Under the pieces are notes generated by a model, which was not told where the DNA came from, did no database searches, and saw only the letters and a list, made by a program, of their open reading frames with translations. A stretch of DNA of 60,525 nucleotides from an uncultured virus (IMG/VR IMGVR_UViG_3300022753_000048) (Duplodnaviria > Heunggongvirae > Uroviricota > Caudoviricetes). A program made the position numbers and the translations under genes. The stretch is from positions 62,001-122,525 of IMG/VR virus record IMGVR_UViG_3300022753_000048. One strand, written 5' to 3'. This document shows, one piece after another, positions 37,802-47,271 of the stretch (position 1 is its first letter; every line of letters begins with the position of its first letter).

Positions 37802-37876
37802 GTCCATCAGTGAAAAACAATTATCCATAGCCTTCTAGCCTAACTTATAGTCAGAAGGGTAAGAGGAGGTAAGAAA

Positions 37877-38311
37877 ATGAATCCAGTAAATAATAACAAT
37901 TATATGAATTTCAATCAACCTGCTAACTTTCAGCCATATCAAATGACACAATACTTCCCACAACCATAGGGCAGTATTTACATGATAGGTAATTCAAGTG
38001 AGGTGGCTAATGTTCCAGTGGGTGTTGGATTATCTGCTGCTATTTGTTTGCGCGAAGGACTAATATATTTAAAGACAATTCAAAATGGTAGTCCAATGCT
38101 ACTAAGTTATAAGCTAAGTCCTTTAGAAAACAATACACTAATCCAAGAAAAAATAATTCAAAATCCTAACCCAACTGATGCTCCGGTATCGGCACCGGAG
38201 ACATCAATTGAACAAAGAATTTTAAACGTTCTGGAAGAATTTGATGCTAGATTGAAAAAGCTAGAAACTCCAGAAAAATCAAAGGGAGGAAGTGAAAAAT
38301 GGTAGCTATGA
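37877..38311 (+). CDS. hypothetical protein with N/Q/Y/P-rich N-terminus (2 TAG); gene 1 of the Cys-rich operon
   Basis: GAGGAGG RBS; MNPVNNNNYMNFNQPANFQPYQMTQYFPQP*GSIY joins fragment 37982; ends TAG CTA TGA. Confidence 0.75.
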
Positions 38312-38541
38312 ATCCAATGAATTTAATGATGATGTTAAAGCAAGGCAACCCTCGGCAAGTTGCTATGCAAATCATCCAAAATAACTATCCCAATGACCCG
38401 CGCATGAGTCAATTGGTTCAAATGGCGGAAAGAGGAGACGTTCAAGGATTGCAAAGAATTGCTGAAGAGACTTTTGGTATGCAAGGTAAAAATTTTTCGG
38501 CCGAAATGAGTAACCTACTGCAAAGCATAAGAAACTTCTAA
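38299..38541 (+). CDS. small Met/Gln/Asn-rich helical protein; gene 2 of the operon
   Basis: GGAGG RBS; alternative start at 38308. Confidence 0.75.
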   Translation: MVAMNPMNLMMMLKQGNPRQVAMQIIQNNYPNDPRMSQLVQMAERGDVQGLQRIAEETFGMQGKNFSAEMSNLLQSIRNF

Positions 38542-38582
38542 GCAATTTATATAAATAAAAAACCTTTAAGGGAGGTACAAAA

Positions 38583-39365
38583 ATGATGGGTAATGAAGGA
38601 ATCTCTGTAGCTGATGCTTTGGCGCTTCGTGGTAATGGTGGCTATAATGGCGGCTCCGGCTTTGGTGGTTGGGGCGGCGATGGCGCATGGTGGATTATTA
38701 TTCTAATTCTACTGTTCGGCGCAGGTGGCTGGAATCGTGGCGGTTTCGGCGGCAATGGCAACGGTGGAGGCGGTGCTTGTTGCACTCCTGCAACTGCTCA
38801 GGGCTTAGCCGACGCTTTCAATTTCAACCAGTTAGACAACAGCCTAAGAGGCTTAGAGAGAGGTCTATGTGATGGCTTCTACAACAACGCTCAGCAAGTA
38901 AACTCTGTTCTAGCAGCTTTGCAGAATTGCTGCTGCGACACAAAGATGGCTATGATGACTGGCTTTAATGGTGTTAACCAGGGTATTTGCAACCTAGGTT
39001 ATAATATACAAGCTGGCTTCAATGGCGTAACTAATCAACTAGCTTCTTGCTGCTGCGACATCGAGCGCGGCCAGGATGCTATAAAGTATGAAATCGCTAA
39101 CGTAGCTAACAACTTGCTAGTTGCTGGCGATAAGAATACTGACCGTATTATCAATTATCTAAATCAGACTGAAATGGATAAACTGCGTACTGAACTACAG
39201 TCCGCTCAGTTCCAGCTATCTCAGCTATCTCAGACTGATAATATCATCAATCGTCTAATGCCTGTGGCAAAGCCTGCCTATCTGACTTGCTCTCCTTATG
39301 CTTCTGCATTTGGTTTGAATCAGAATTTCGGTTTCGGTTTTAACAATGGTTGCGGTTGCTGCTAA
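38583..39365 (+). CDS. Gly-rich, Cys-cluster coiled-coil protein with one hydrophobic segment; gene 3 of the operon
   Basis: GGAGG RBS; GGWGGDGAWWIIILILLFG, ACC, GLCDGFY, two CCC motifs, C-terminal GCGCC; no TAG. Confidence 0.8.
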   Translation: MMGNEGISVADALALRGNGGYNGGSGFGGWGGDGAWWIIILILLFGAGGWNRGGFGGNGNGGGGACCTPATAQGLADAFNFNQLDNSLRGLERGLCDGFYNNAQQVNSVLAALQNCCCDTKMAMMTGFNGVNQGICNLGYNIQAGFNGVTNQLASCCCDIERGQDAIKYEIANVANNLLVAGDKNTDRIINYLNQTEMDKLRTELQSAQFQLSQLSQTDNIINRLMPVAKPAYLTCSPYASAFGLNQNFGFGFNNGCGCC

Positions 39366-39391
39366 TCAACTACTCCGCTAATGCGTGATTC

Positions 39392-39415
39392 TGGCGGGCG
39401 CTTCGGCGCCCTCCA
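39392..39415 (+). other. C(UUCG)G tetraloop hairpin between operon genes 3 and 4
   Basis: GGGCGC-TTCG-GCGCCC core with no U tract; probably an mRNA stability or step-down element. Confidence 0.55.
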
Positions 39416-39432
39416 TTGAGAGGTGAAAAGAA

Positions 39433-39825
39433 TTGAGTTGTCCTAATGTAAGACGTCTATGCAAAAATCTGGTAATTTCTACCGCAGTTACTTTTGCAGA
39501 TGGCACTTTAACTATTAACATTCCTGCTGGAAATTACGGAAATGGATGTAAGTATTGTCTGGTGGTGGCACAGGCTATTCCAGCAGAAACAACTATTACA
39601 GCTCCAGTAGTAATTACTATTGGTGATGGAACAACTGAATACGACCTAGTAGGATGTGATTGCAGTCCAATAACCGCTTGCTCTATTAATACTAGAACAA
39701 GATACAGCACTATTGTTAGCACCAATACTACAACCGGCGTATTCAAACTTTTAGGAAAGCTACCTTGCTCTCGCTGCACTGAAAACTTAGCTTCTCTACC
39801 AGTAGCAGAAGCGCCAACTCCTTAA
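39433..39825 (+). CDS. Cys-rich beta-strand protein; gene 4 of the operon
   Basis: GAGGTG RBS, TTG start; Thr/Val/Ile-rich with many Cys. Confidence 0.75.
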   Translation: MSCPNVRRLCKNLVISTAVTFADGTLTINIPAGNYGNGCKYCLVVAQAIPAETTITAPVVITIGDGTTEYDLVGCDCSPITACSINTRTRYSTIVSTNTTTGVFKLLGKLPCSRCTENLASLPVAEAPTP

Positions 39826-39840
39826 TGTGAGGTGACGTCG

Positions 39841-40320
39841 ATGCATAAACTGATGGAACAAATCAAAAAAGAGCTTGTAGAGATTGAACAGAAAGGAGTC
39901 AATGCTAGCAATTTAGAGCTAATCGGCAAACTCGCTGATATCTACAAGGATTTAAGCGAAATCGAAAATATGGATAAGGGAGGTCAAGGAATGATGGAAT
40001 ATGGCAGATATCGCGAAAACTATCGCGATGGAGGCTACAACGCTCGAGGCAATTATCGTGACGGAGGTTATAATGATGGCTATGGCCGCCGTTACAGTCG
40101 TATGAGAGACTATATGGACCGCATGGTAGATGGTATGGACCAGTATGAATATGGTAAAGAGCGTTATATGCACGGTGGTGATGATGGCCGTGTCATGGAA
40201 GGTCTCGAAAAGCTAATGTATGCTATGTGTATGTTTGTTGAATCAGCCATGGACTTTGCTGAGACTCCACAGGAAAAAGAGATTATTAGAAAACATCTTC
40301 ATAAAATTAGTCAACTATGA
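39841..40320 (+). CDS. helical protein with Tyr/Arg/Gly repeats (NYRDGGYN x2); gene 5 of the operon
   Basis: GAGGTG RBS before ATG 39841; ATGA coupling to the next gene. Confidence 0.75.
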   Translation: MHKLMEQIKKELVEIEQKGVNASNLELIGKLADIYKDLSEIENMDKGGQGMMEYGRYRENYRDGGYNARGNYRDGGYNDGYGRRYSRMRDYMDRMVDGMDQYEYGKERYMHGGDDGRVMEGLEKLMYAMCMFVESAMDFAETPQEKEIIRKHLHKISQL

Positions 40321-40697
40321 TGTTCTGTTTTTATAATGCGAATCCTCGTGGACGTCATGTAAATGATTGCACTGTCCGTGCGATATCCAAAGCAACAAAC
40401 AGAAGCTGGGATGAAAACTACCGAGAGCTAAGTCATTATGCTTAGTTACTATGTATAATGCCTGATGATGTAACCTATATAGATGAATATCTAGATACAC
40501 ACTTTGAAAAAATATATTTATGCAAGAAATGTCGTCTAACGATAAGAGAGTTTGTGGAACACAACCCACTTGGAACCTTCTTGATAACGATGAACGGTCA
40601 TATAACTTGCGTTATTGACGGAGTGATATATGATACCTTCGACCCTTCTAATAGGTTCATTTGGGGTGTTTATAAAGTAAAAGAGGGAGTCTTATGA
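40317..40697 (+). CDS. papain-like (C39-like) cysteine peptidase (1 TAG); gene 6 of the operon
   Basis: YNANPRGRHVNDCTVRAIS...YA*LLC...GHITCVIDGVIYDTFD gives Cys-His-Asp in catalytic order; ATGA-coupled start; TAG at 40443. Confidence 0.65.
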
Positions 40698-40712
40698 CTC
40701 CCTCAATTTTTA
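40683..40712. terminator. terminator at the convergence of the plus and minus arms
   Basis: GAGGGAGTC-TTAT-GACTCCCTC with A and T runs on the flanks. Confidence 0.7.
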
Positions 40713-41438
40713 TTCCCAATTTACAACTTCTATATTGTATAAATCGGCAACATATTTGCCTATACCAATTGCGTCCGCTTCGTCATCACTTACTGTGATA
40801 TCATGCCATTCTTTGGCTTTATTTTGCATTGAGCGTTTCTTATCGATGCGAGTTCTTCCTGTAACGCCACAGTGGTGGCGCCAGGTATTGGTTGGGCAAA
40901 CTGTGTATTCTATTTTCTTTTCGTAACAGGTTTCCATTAAGATTCCCTGTAAACGAGCCAATGCTTGGAATACAGTGACTGAGGCTTTTTGTCCAGATAC
41001 CTCGTCTTGATATTGGATTCCTTCCAGTCCAATAGCGTCTGGCTACCAGCTTTCAATCATTGATAACATCCAATTTTTTATTGTGCTATCGCGTGCGATT
41101 TCATCTTTTAGATTAGTAGTAAAAGTTCCATATCGTATCAGTTTATTTCCATCATATATAGACCAGCCACAGGTATGTGTTGCCTAGTCAATAGCTAAGA
41201 TTCGTTTCTTTCCTTTAGGTTTTGATTCTACAGTTAATACTTTTTCTTTTAGCTTGTTGTCTTTACATCTTGGGCATTCGCGCTTTGAGCGTATCTTTTT
41301 CCATGTTGCTTGAATAGTATGACCTTCATCACATTCAAATTCAAGTGGTGTATCGAGATTTTGATAAGTTTCGGAGACACATTTCCAACCGGTTTCTTTT
41401 AATTCTTCATTGATAGATTCAATGGTTATGCGAGCCAT
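40710..41438 (-). CDS. RuvC-like Holliday junction resolvase with N-terminal Zn-binding domain (2 TAG)
   Basis: Fragments 41184-41438 and 40710-40961 fuse: ILAID*ATHTCGWS, IGLEGI, LARLQG, DDEADAIGIG; N-terminal CDEGH...CPRC. Confidence 0.85.
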
Positions 41439-41755
41439 TAATCCACCACCTTGACGCCAAACATTTTTTCTATATCTGCTTTTTTAACTTTTGGTTCTGA
41501 TTTACCTAAAGCTATAATATAGAACAAGACATCTCCTTCCTTAGTAAGAGATTGGTTAAGTTTAACTTCTCTTACAGTATAGGGTTTGTCGCACCAAAGC
41601 AGATAAGGATTATAGCTTTCTTCATCAATACTAATTGCAGTCGTAGCTCTTGGGCAATAAATCAGATAGGGCTTATCTTCATCAGTACGAACAAAAACTG
41701 CGGTAGTAAAGTAACCTTTATCAGTAGGATGCGGCCATGTAAAAGCTGCATCCAC
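41438..41755 (-). CDS. hypothetical protein
   Basis: Probable GTG start at 41755, just after the dUTPase stop (ORF track start 41815 overlaps dut); TAATG coupling to the resolvase. Confidence 0.6.
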   Translation of the reverse strand: MDAAFTWPHPTDKGYFTTAVFVRTDEDKPYLIYCPRATTAISIDEESYNPYLLWCDKPYTVREVKLNQSLTKEGDVLFYIIALGKSEPKVKKADIEKMFGVKVVD

Positions 41756-41759
41756 TTTC

Positions 41760-42701
41760 TTAATTCTTTCCTGAACTTCCAAAGCCGCCACCTCTGTCTT
41801 CACCAATTCCATCAACAGATTGGACTTGATAGAAATTTACAGTTGGAACTTCGACCAAACGCATCTGCGCAAAACGTTCACCTTTTCCTATATAGTATGG
41901 CTTACCATGCTCAATAGATGTAATAACGGGGCGGCCTCTATCATCAAATTCATAAGAAATGTCTTTGATAGGAGGCTCAATATTTTCAACAATGACACCA
42001 ATGACACCTTTGTACTGAGAGTCTACAAGTCCAATGGAGTTTGCAACTCTGAGCTTTGTCTTAGCGCTGGTTCCGCTGCGAGGATGGATAAGAAAGGCAT
42101 AACCATAAGGTAAAGCTACTTTTATATCACAAGGAATAATAACGGTCTCACCAGGATTGATAGTATAATCTGCAGGAGAATATAGGTCAACTGCGCCATC
42201 TCCCAAATGAGCGTATTTAGGCATCTTTGCATTTTCGCTTGTTAATTCGATAGGAACGTTAATTACTCTTTTTGCAATTCCTTCTGCATCGGCAATACAA
42301 TTATAAGTAATACCAAGCATCTGTTTTAAGAAATCGCGCTTAGGAGCAGAAAGAACTTCGGCAAACTGTTTGTCAATATTTTCAATCAACTTCATATATG
42401 CTTCTTGCAATTCTTCCAACTTTGTACCATTTAAATTCATTGCTTGAACCAATAGCAACTTGTCGTCAATATTATTCATTGACTTTTGCATCTCATCTAA
42501 GAAGATTGGCGCGATAAGAGCAAAGTGCTCATCGGGCATTGCTAACAAAGCGCCAAGTTCCTCGAAGCCACCGAGAGAAGGATTGATTTTTTCAATCTCA
42601 TTCATTAGTGCTTCAAAGGTACTTTTTCTTTCTTGAGATGCTTCTTGCATTTTATTTGTCATTTCTGCCGCAGCTTTTTGTGCTGCGGCAGGGGTATTCA
42701 T
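41760..42701 (-). CDS. dut: trimeric dUTPase with long N-terminal extension
   Basis: Motifs GAVDL, PRSG, GLVDSQYKG, RFAQ and RGGGFGSSG. Confidence 0.9.
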   Translation of the reverse strand: MNTPAAAQKAAAEMTNKMQEASQERKSTFEALMNEIEKINPSLGGFEELGALLAMPDEHFALIAPIFLDEMQKSMNNIDDKLLLVQAMNLNGTKLEELQEAYMKLIENIDKQFAEVLSAPKRDFLKQMLGITYNCIADAEGIAKRVINVPIELTSENAKMPKYAHLGDGAVDLYSPADYTINPGETVIIPCDIKVALPYGYAFLIHPRSGTSAKTKLRVANSIGLVDSQYKGVIGVIVENIEPPIKDISYEFDDRGRPVITSIEHGKPYYIGKGERFAQMRLVEVPTVNFYQVQSVDGIGEDRGGGFGSSGKN

Positions 42702-42702
42702 A

Positions 42703-42927
42703 TTAATTATCTAGGCCATCCCAGAAACCTCCATAAACTTTGACGACTTTCACAAGATAGCCGTCGTCAATTATGTCTCCTTTAGACTTCTTTTCCTTTT
42801 TAGTATAAGCGAAAGAATTAAGAATGTAGCCTTGTTTTCTTGCTTCTTCCTTGAAGTCTTCATTCATTTGCTTTGCTTCTTCCTCAGATTCCGCACGGTA
42901 TTCTGCGGTGACTTTTAATAATCTCAT
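42703..42927 (-). CDS. hypothetical protein
   Basis: 74 aa, ATGA-coupled. Confidence 0.7.
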   Translation of the reverse strand: MRLLKVTAEYRAESEEEAKQMNEDFKEEARKQGYILNSFAYTKKEKKSKGDIIDDGYLVKVVKVYGGFWDGLDN

Positions 42928-43541
42928 ATACCGCGCAACTCCTTTGCTAGATTAGTGAAAGGAGTATCTTCAACAGCCTTCTTTGCGCCATTTACATTGG
43001 TGCTACTAATGGGATTGGTAAACATAGAAACAGGGTCAAACTTACCATTTAGAATAGCGTCAACAGTTTTTGCCAGTTCGTCCAGGTTAAAGACCATTCC
43101 ATTGCTTTCGCAAGTTTTAGCGGGAGCTTCCTTAGATGCTACTTTTTCAGTTTCAGTTTCAGTTTCAGAGGCCTTGTCTGCACTAGAACAAACATCAACC
43201 TTGATTACATTGGAGGGAGCAATCGCGGCTTTGGCTGATGTAGCAATACTGTTATCGCAGACACCAGTGATAGAAGTACTATCACAAAGGGTTGCAGTGC
43301 TGGCAATACCATCCACGGTATTGGAGCGCAGAAGACTACCGTTATCGCAGGTCACGGTACCATAATAGGGGGTATTGGTAACAGTAATACTAGGAGAGGT
43401 CCAAGTCCAATAATTGCTCTTGGCATGGTTTTCACCATCAGTATAACCTTCACGATAAGTTTCGTTCAACAGCTTTTCCAGTTCACAACGAGTGAACTCA
43501 ATCTTACCTGCTCTGTTAGTTTTAAATACTTTTACACTCAT
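42924..43541 (-). CDS. hypothetical protein with Ser/Thr-rich low-complexity centre
   Basis: 205 aa, AAGGAG RBS. Confidence 0.7.
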   Translation of the reverse strand: MSVKVFKTNRAGKIEFTRCELEKLLNETYREGYTDGENHAKSNYWTWTSPSITVTNTPYYGTVTCDNGSLLRSNTVDGIASTATLCDSTSITGVCDNSIATSAKAAIAPSNVIKVDVCSSADKASETETETEKVASKEAPAKTCESNGMVFNLDELAKTVDAILNGKFDPVSMFTNPISSTNVNGAKKAVEDTPFTNLAKELRGI

Positions 43542-43546
43542 TTTAA

Positions 43547-44224
43547 TTACTCCTTTGCTTCGTCAGCTTTTTCTTCATAACAAATCAGTTCTTTTGCATA
43601 GGGAAGAGTTTCAATCCACTTACAGAAAGCTCTCCATTCAGGAAGACGATGATTACGTCTCTGGCGCCAGATATTCTTTAGACAACGATAATTAGTTGTC
43701 AGACGGGCAGTTAGCATAAAGCCCGCAGGATTAGAATATAGAATCTCAAGATATTTCTGAGTAATTAGCTTCTTTAGACGCTCTCTATTGTATTCATCAT
43801 CAATAGGAGTTTGCGCTAATTCAGCAAGTAGCTTATTATGCTGAACTACCTTTTCCTCCATAATCTCAATGATTCGAGGGTCAACATACTCATTATACTG
43901 ATTACGCAAGTCAAACTTGGTAATACGATGCATGGTAGACTGACTAGAAACAAATTCCAAGAATCTGTAACGCTCTGCTTCTACCCAAGCCTTATTAGTA
44001 AAGGTTAGGTCAAAAGAAACTCGAATACCAGTTAGGAACTGGTCATGTGCGCCCTGCCAATCAGCGGCATGGGAAAGATTGGTACCACGCTTTAATTCTG
44101 ACTCACGAGTTTCTTCCCATTCAGTAGAAGTTCTCATGGGATAGCCAGCAGCGTGGAAGCACTCATCCAAATCATAAATTCTTATGTTGGAAACAATATT
44201 GTTAGAAGGTAATTTTAGTTCCAT
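43547..44224 (-). CDS. ThyX/Thy1-like protein
   Basis: AWVEAERYRF..VSSQSTMH and NYRCLKNIWRQRRNHRLPEW resemble divergent phage Thy1-fold proteins; nucleotide-metabolism context; RBS favours ATG 44224. Confidence 0.6.
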   Translation of the reverse strand: MELKLPSNNIVSNIRIYDLDECFHAAGYPMRTSTEWEETRESELKRGTNLSHAADWQGAHDQFLTGIRVSFDLTFTNKAWVEAERYRFLEFVSSQSTMHRITKFDLRNQYNEYVDPRIIEIMEEKVVQHNKLLAELAQTPIDDEYNRERLKKLITQKYLEILYSNPAGFMLTARLTTNYRCLKNIWRQRRNHRLPEWRAFCKWIETLPYAKELICYEEKADEAKE

Positions 44225-44256
44225 TAAATTCTCCTTTTCTCTCATTTTCTATATAT

Positions 44257-44285
44257 ATTATATCATAAATTTACCACTTTTTCAA
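44257..44285 (-). promoter_or_regulatory. sigmaA-like promoter
   Basis: TTGAAA-17 nt-TATAAT with extended -10 TG. Confidence 0.7.
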
Positions 44286-44288
44286 ATT

Positions 44289-44543
44289 TTAATCACAGAA
44301 ACATTCGGCATCATCTTCAGCGTTATTTGTATTGTAAGCCTCCCTCATGCCGGCAATATATCCTAAAGTATACTGATGCTTTAAAGCATCTTGCACATTA
44401 TTCCAACAGGTTGGAAAAAAGGCGGTCAGAATAAATTCAAAACTTAAATCTACGTCAGTGTCGCCTACATTTTTCTTTACAGAAGCAACCATTCTTTCAA
44501 CATCTGAAAGTTTAATTGGCTCAATAGCGATTTTCTGTTCCAT
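44289..44543 (-). CDS. hypothetical protein
   Basis: 84 aa, coupled to nrdG. Confidence 0.7.
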   Translation of the reverse strand: MEQKIAIEPIKLSDVERMVASVKKNVGDTDVDLSFEFILTAFFPTCWNNVQDALKHQYTLGYIAGMREAYNTNNAEDDAECFCD

Positions 44544-45022
44544 TAGTTCTCCTTTAGATTGATAATATTTTGATTAGAGCTTCCGCGCATTTTAAGAGTT
44601 ATATCTCTTAAAGGTTTAACAAAAGGACCATCAATTAAAACATCAACTTCTTTTAAAATCAAAGGTATTTTAGGATCCGGTGATTTTAATAATTCTTCAT
44701 GATAGTAACCAGTCCAAAGATAAATTTTTACTTCTGGTAAATGCTGTTTCACATATTGAATAGTCATTAAAGTTAATAAAGTATTTTGTTCGCATAGCGG
44801 CTCTCCACCCATAATACAAAAACTTCGTTTAATACCATTCTTAGTAAGACCAGCTACTATTTTTCTTAGCACTTCTGGAGTAAATTCCTTACCACCATCA
44901 AAATCCCATGTTTCTGGATTATGACATCCTTCGCAGTGGTGCGGGCACCCCTGTGTGAATAAGGTTACAGACACACCGGGCGCCGCACACATATCATTAT
45001 AATTTATTCCTGCATATCTCAT
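44543..45022 (-). CDS. nrdG: anaerobic ribonucleotide reductase activating enzyme
   Basis: QGCPHHCEGCHNPETW radical-SAM motif, GGEP, DGPF, RGSSNQ; adjacent to nrdD. Confidence 0.95.
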   Translation of the reverse strand: MRYAGINYNDMCAAPGVSVTLFTQGCPHHCEGCHNPETWDFDGGKEFTPEVLRKIVAGLTKNGIKRSFCIMGGEPLCEQNTLLTLMTIQYVKQHLPEVKIYLWTGYYHEELLKSPDPKIPLILKEVDVLIDGPFVKPLRDITLKMRGSSNQNIINLKEN

Positions 45023-47271
45023 TTATGTTTCACCCTATATTTTACTTCATCTTGCTTGCCACGATTGAAAGCGGTGGTATAATTACCAGTTAAATATCCA
45101 GTAACTCTACGTAATTGTTGGATATGTTCACTGCCACACTCGGGACAATGATCATTAAACTCATCGCAATATCCGCACTCTAAACAAGTATCATTAGGAA
45201 CATTTACTGCGAAATAGGGAATATCTTTGTCCATTGCATAGTTAACTAAAGTTTCAAGAGCTTCTAGATTATTTTTAATACCACTATCTAACTCAACATA
45301 GGTAATACAACCAGCAGAAGAATAACCAGTTAACTGTGATTCAATATCAATCTTTTCAAAGGGATTCATTTCCTTCCATACAGGAACGTGCATGGAGTTA
45401 GTAAAGAATTCCTTGTCACTAACATTCTTGATAACACCATAACGCGCCTTGAACTTTTTTAGAGCAGTATGGCAAAGATTTTCTGCAGGAGTGTAATAAA
45501 CACCAAAATTTAGTTTATATTCTTCTTTAAATTCAGCACAACGTTTCTTGAACAAAGCTTCGATTCTTTTTGCTAATTCCATACCCTTTTCTTCAGTATG
45601 GTCGCATCCAATAAGAATCTGTAAAGCTTCAGCCAATCCTAGCTGACCCATTGCAAGAGTACCATGCTTTAAGGCAGAACGAATACCTTCTTCTGGTACA
45701 TAGCCAGCCATTAGACCATTCTCATACATAAAACGAGCGGAGGCAGGATTCTGAGAGCAAATCCAATTAAAACGTTCAATTAACATATCTTTGGCTTCGT
45801 GGATTTTTTCATTTAGAATGGCTAAGAAAATATCTTCAACACTTTCGCCCTGCCCCTCAGCTAACCACTCTTCCTTAGCCATCATGGCCAAAGTAGGCAA
45901 AATAATGGTTACTGGACAGATATTTCCTCGTCCATCCTTTCGCTGACCGAGGCCGTTAATATCGTATCCATTGGCAGTTCTACATCCCATCGTACTGAAA
46001 TAGGTACAGGGGTCATTGATGTCGTATCCATCATTGCCAGTCCAGTCAACATTTGCGTAGTTGGGATACAATCTTTGGGCGGTTGAGCGTAATGCGAGTT
46101 TAAATAAATCGTAATTTGGGTCTTCGGGTTCACGGTTTACTCCTTTCATACACTGGAAGATTCCACATGGGAAAATAGATGTTTTGTGTAATTTACCAAT
46201 ACCTTTAATAGAAACATCAAGTAAAGCCTTGGTAATCATTCTACCTTCTGGCAAAGTACAGGTTCCATAGTTTATAGATGTAAATGGAAGCTGATTACCA
46301 CTACGTGATTGTAAGGTGTTAAGATTGTGGTACATAGCTTCAACTGCTTGATATACTTCACGTTCAGTCATTTCAAGAGCATAGGTCCAAGCTTGTGGAT
46401 GAAGGTCTTTAAATTCGGTATTATTGAAGCAAATGACACCATTTTCACAACCTTCTTTGGTATTTTTTAACCATCTGTCAAAACGTTCTAGTTTATATTC
46501 AGATTTTCCTTCACAATATCTCATGCCATCTTTTAAATGTTTGGTAAAGCTCTTTCTAACATAAGGAACCATAGTCCAATCTAAGTGAGTTGCACTAACT
46601 CCGCCAAACTGCTGTAAGGATTGCAACTGGAAGATAACAGCAACTAACTGGAAAGCTGTACTTATGGATTGAGCTGGACGTACATCAGTCTGTCTTGTAT
46701 TGAAACCTTTAGCCAATAAATCATCAAAGGGAATAGATAAGCAATTATGAGAACCAACGGCATAATGGTCTAAATCATGAATATAAATCATGTTATTCAA
46801 GTGATTTTCTTTAGCCATAGGACTTACAATATAATCAAGCGCATATTTACGTGCAACTGCGCTATTCATTTCACCCATACGGCCACCAAATGAATGTTCA
46901 TCGACATTTGCATTTTGATTCTGAACATTTGCTGCACTTAATTTTTCACCAATGGTGTCCATCAATTCCTTGTAATTATGGCGAGCCATTTCACGCTTAT
47001 AGCGATAACGAATATAAGCTTTCGCCAAATCTGGTTTGGGACCATTGATTAGATTCCATTCTACTAAATCTTGAATCTCTTCAACTGTAATACATTCTAC
47101 AGTATGATATTCAAAATAGTTTTCAATACTTGTAGCAACATTTTCAGAAATATACTTAGAGTAAATATTACCATCTACTTCAAGTAACGCCTTATTGATT
47201 GCACAAATAATTTTATTTCTGTCATAAGGAACTTGAGTTCCATCTCTTTTTACTACAATTACGTTAGTCAT
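45019..47271 (-). CDS. nrdD: class III anaerobic ribonucleoside-triphosphate reductase
   Basis: ATP cone VVKRDG, IYIHDLD, TMGCRT, TPAENL, CxxC..CxxC and RRVTGYL; GGAGG RBS favours ATG 47271; no TAG. Confidence 0.95.
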   Translation of the reverse strand: MTNVIVVKRDGTQVPYDRNKIICAINKALLEVDGNIYSKYISENVATSIENYFEYHTVECITVEEIQDLVEWNLINGPKPDLAKAYIRYRYKREMARHNYKELMDTIGEKLSAANVQNQNANVDEHSFGGRMGEMNSAVARKYALDYIVSPMAKENHLNNMIYIHDLDHYAVGSHNCLSIPFDDLLAKGFNTRQTDVRPAQSISTAFQLVAVIFQLQSLQQFGGVSATHLDWTMVPYVRKSFTKHLKDGMRYCEGKSEYKLERFDRWLKNTKEGCENGVICFNNTEFKDLHPQAWTYALEMTEREVYQAVEAMYHNLNTLQSRSGNQLPFTSINYGTCTLPEGRMITKALLDVSIKGIGKLHKTSIFPCGIFQCMKGVNREPEDPNYDLFKLALRSTAQRLYPNYANVDWTGNDGYDINDPCTYFSTMGCRTANGYDINGLGQRKDGRGNICPVTIILPTLAMMAKEEWLAEGQGESVEDIFLAILNEKIHEAKDMLIERFNWICSQNPASARFMYENGLMAGYVPEEGIRSALKHGTLAMGQLGLAEALQILIGCDHTEEKGMELAKRIEALFKKRCAEFKEEYKLNFGVYYTPAENLCHTALKKFKARYGVIKNVSDKEFFTNSMHVPVWKEMNPFEKIDIESQLTGYSSAGCITYVELDSGIKNNLEALETLVNYAMDKDIPYFAVNVPNDTCLECGYCDEFNDHCPECGSEHIQQLRRVTGYLTGNYTTAFNRGKQDEVKYRVKHK

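Noticed and set aside
38583..39365. Holin call for the protein with a hydrophobic segment
   Set aside because: There is no adjacent endolysin, and the long Cys-cluster coiled-coil body is unlike holins; left as unknown.
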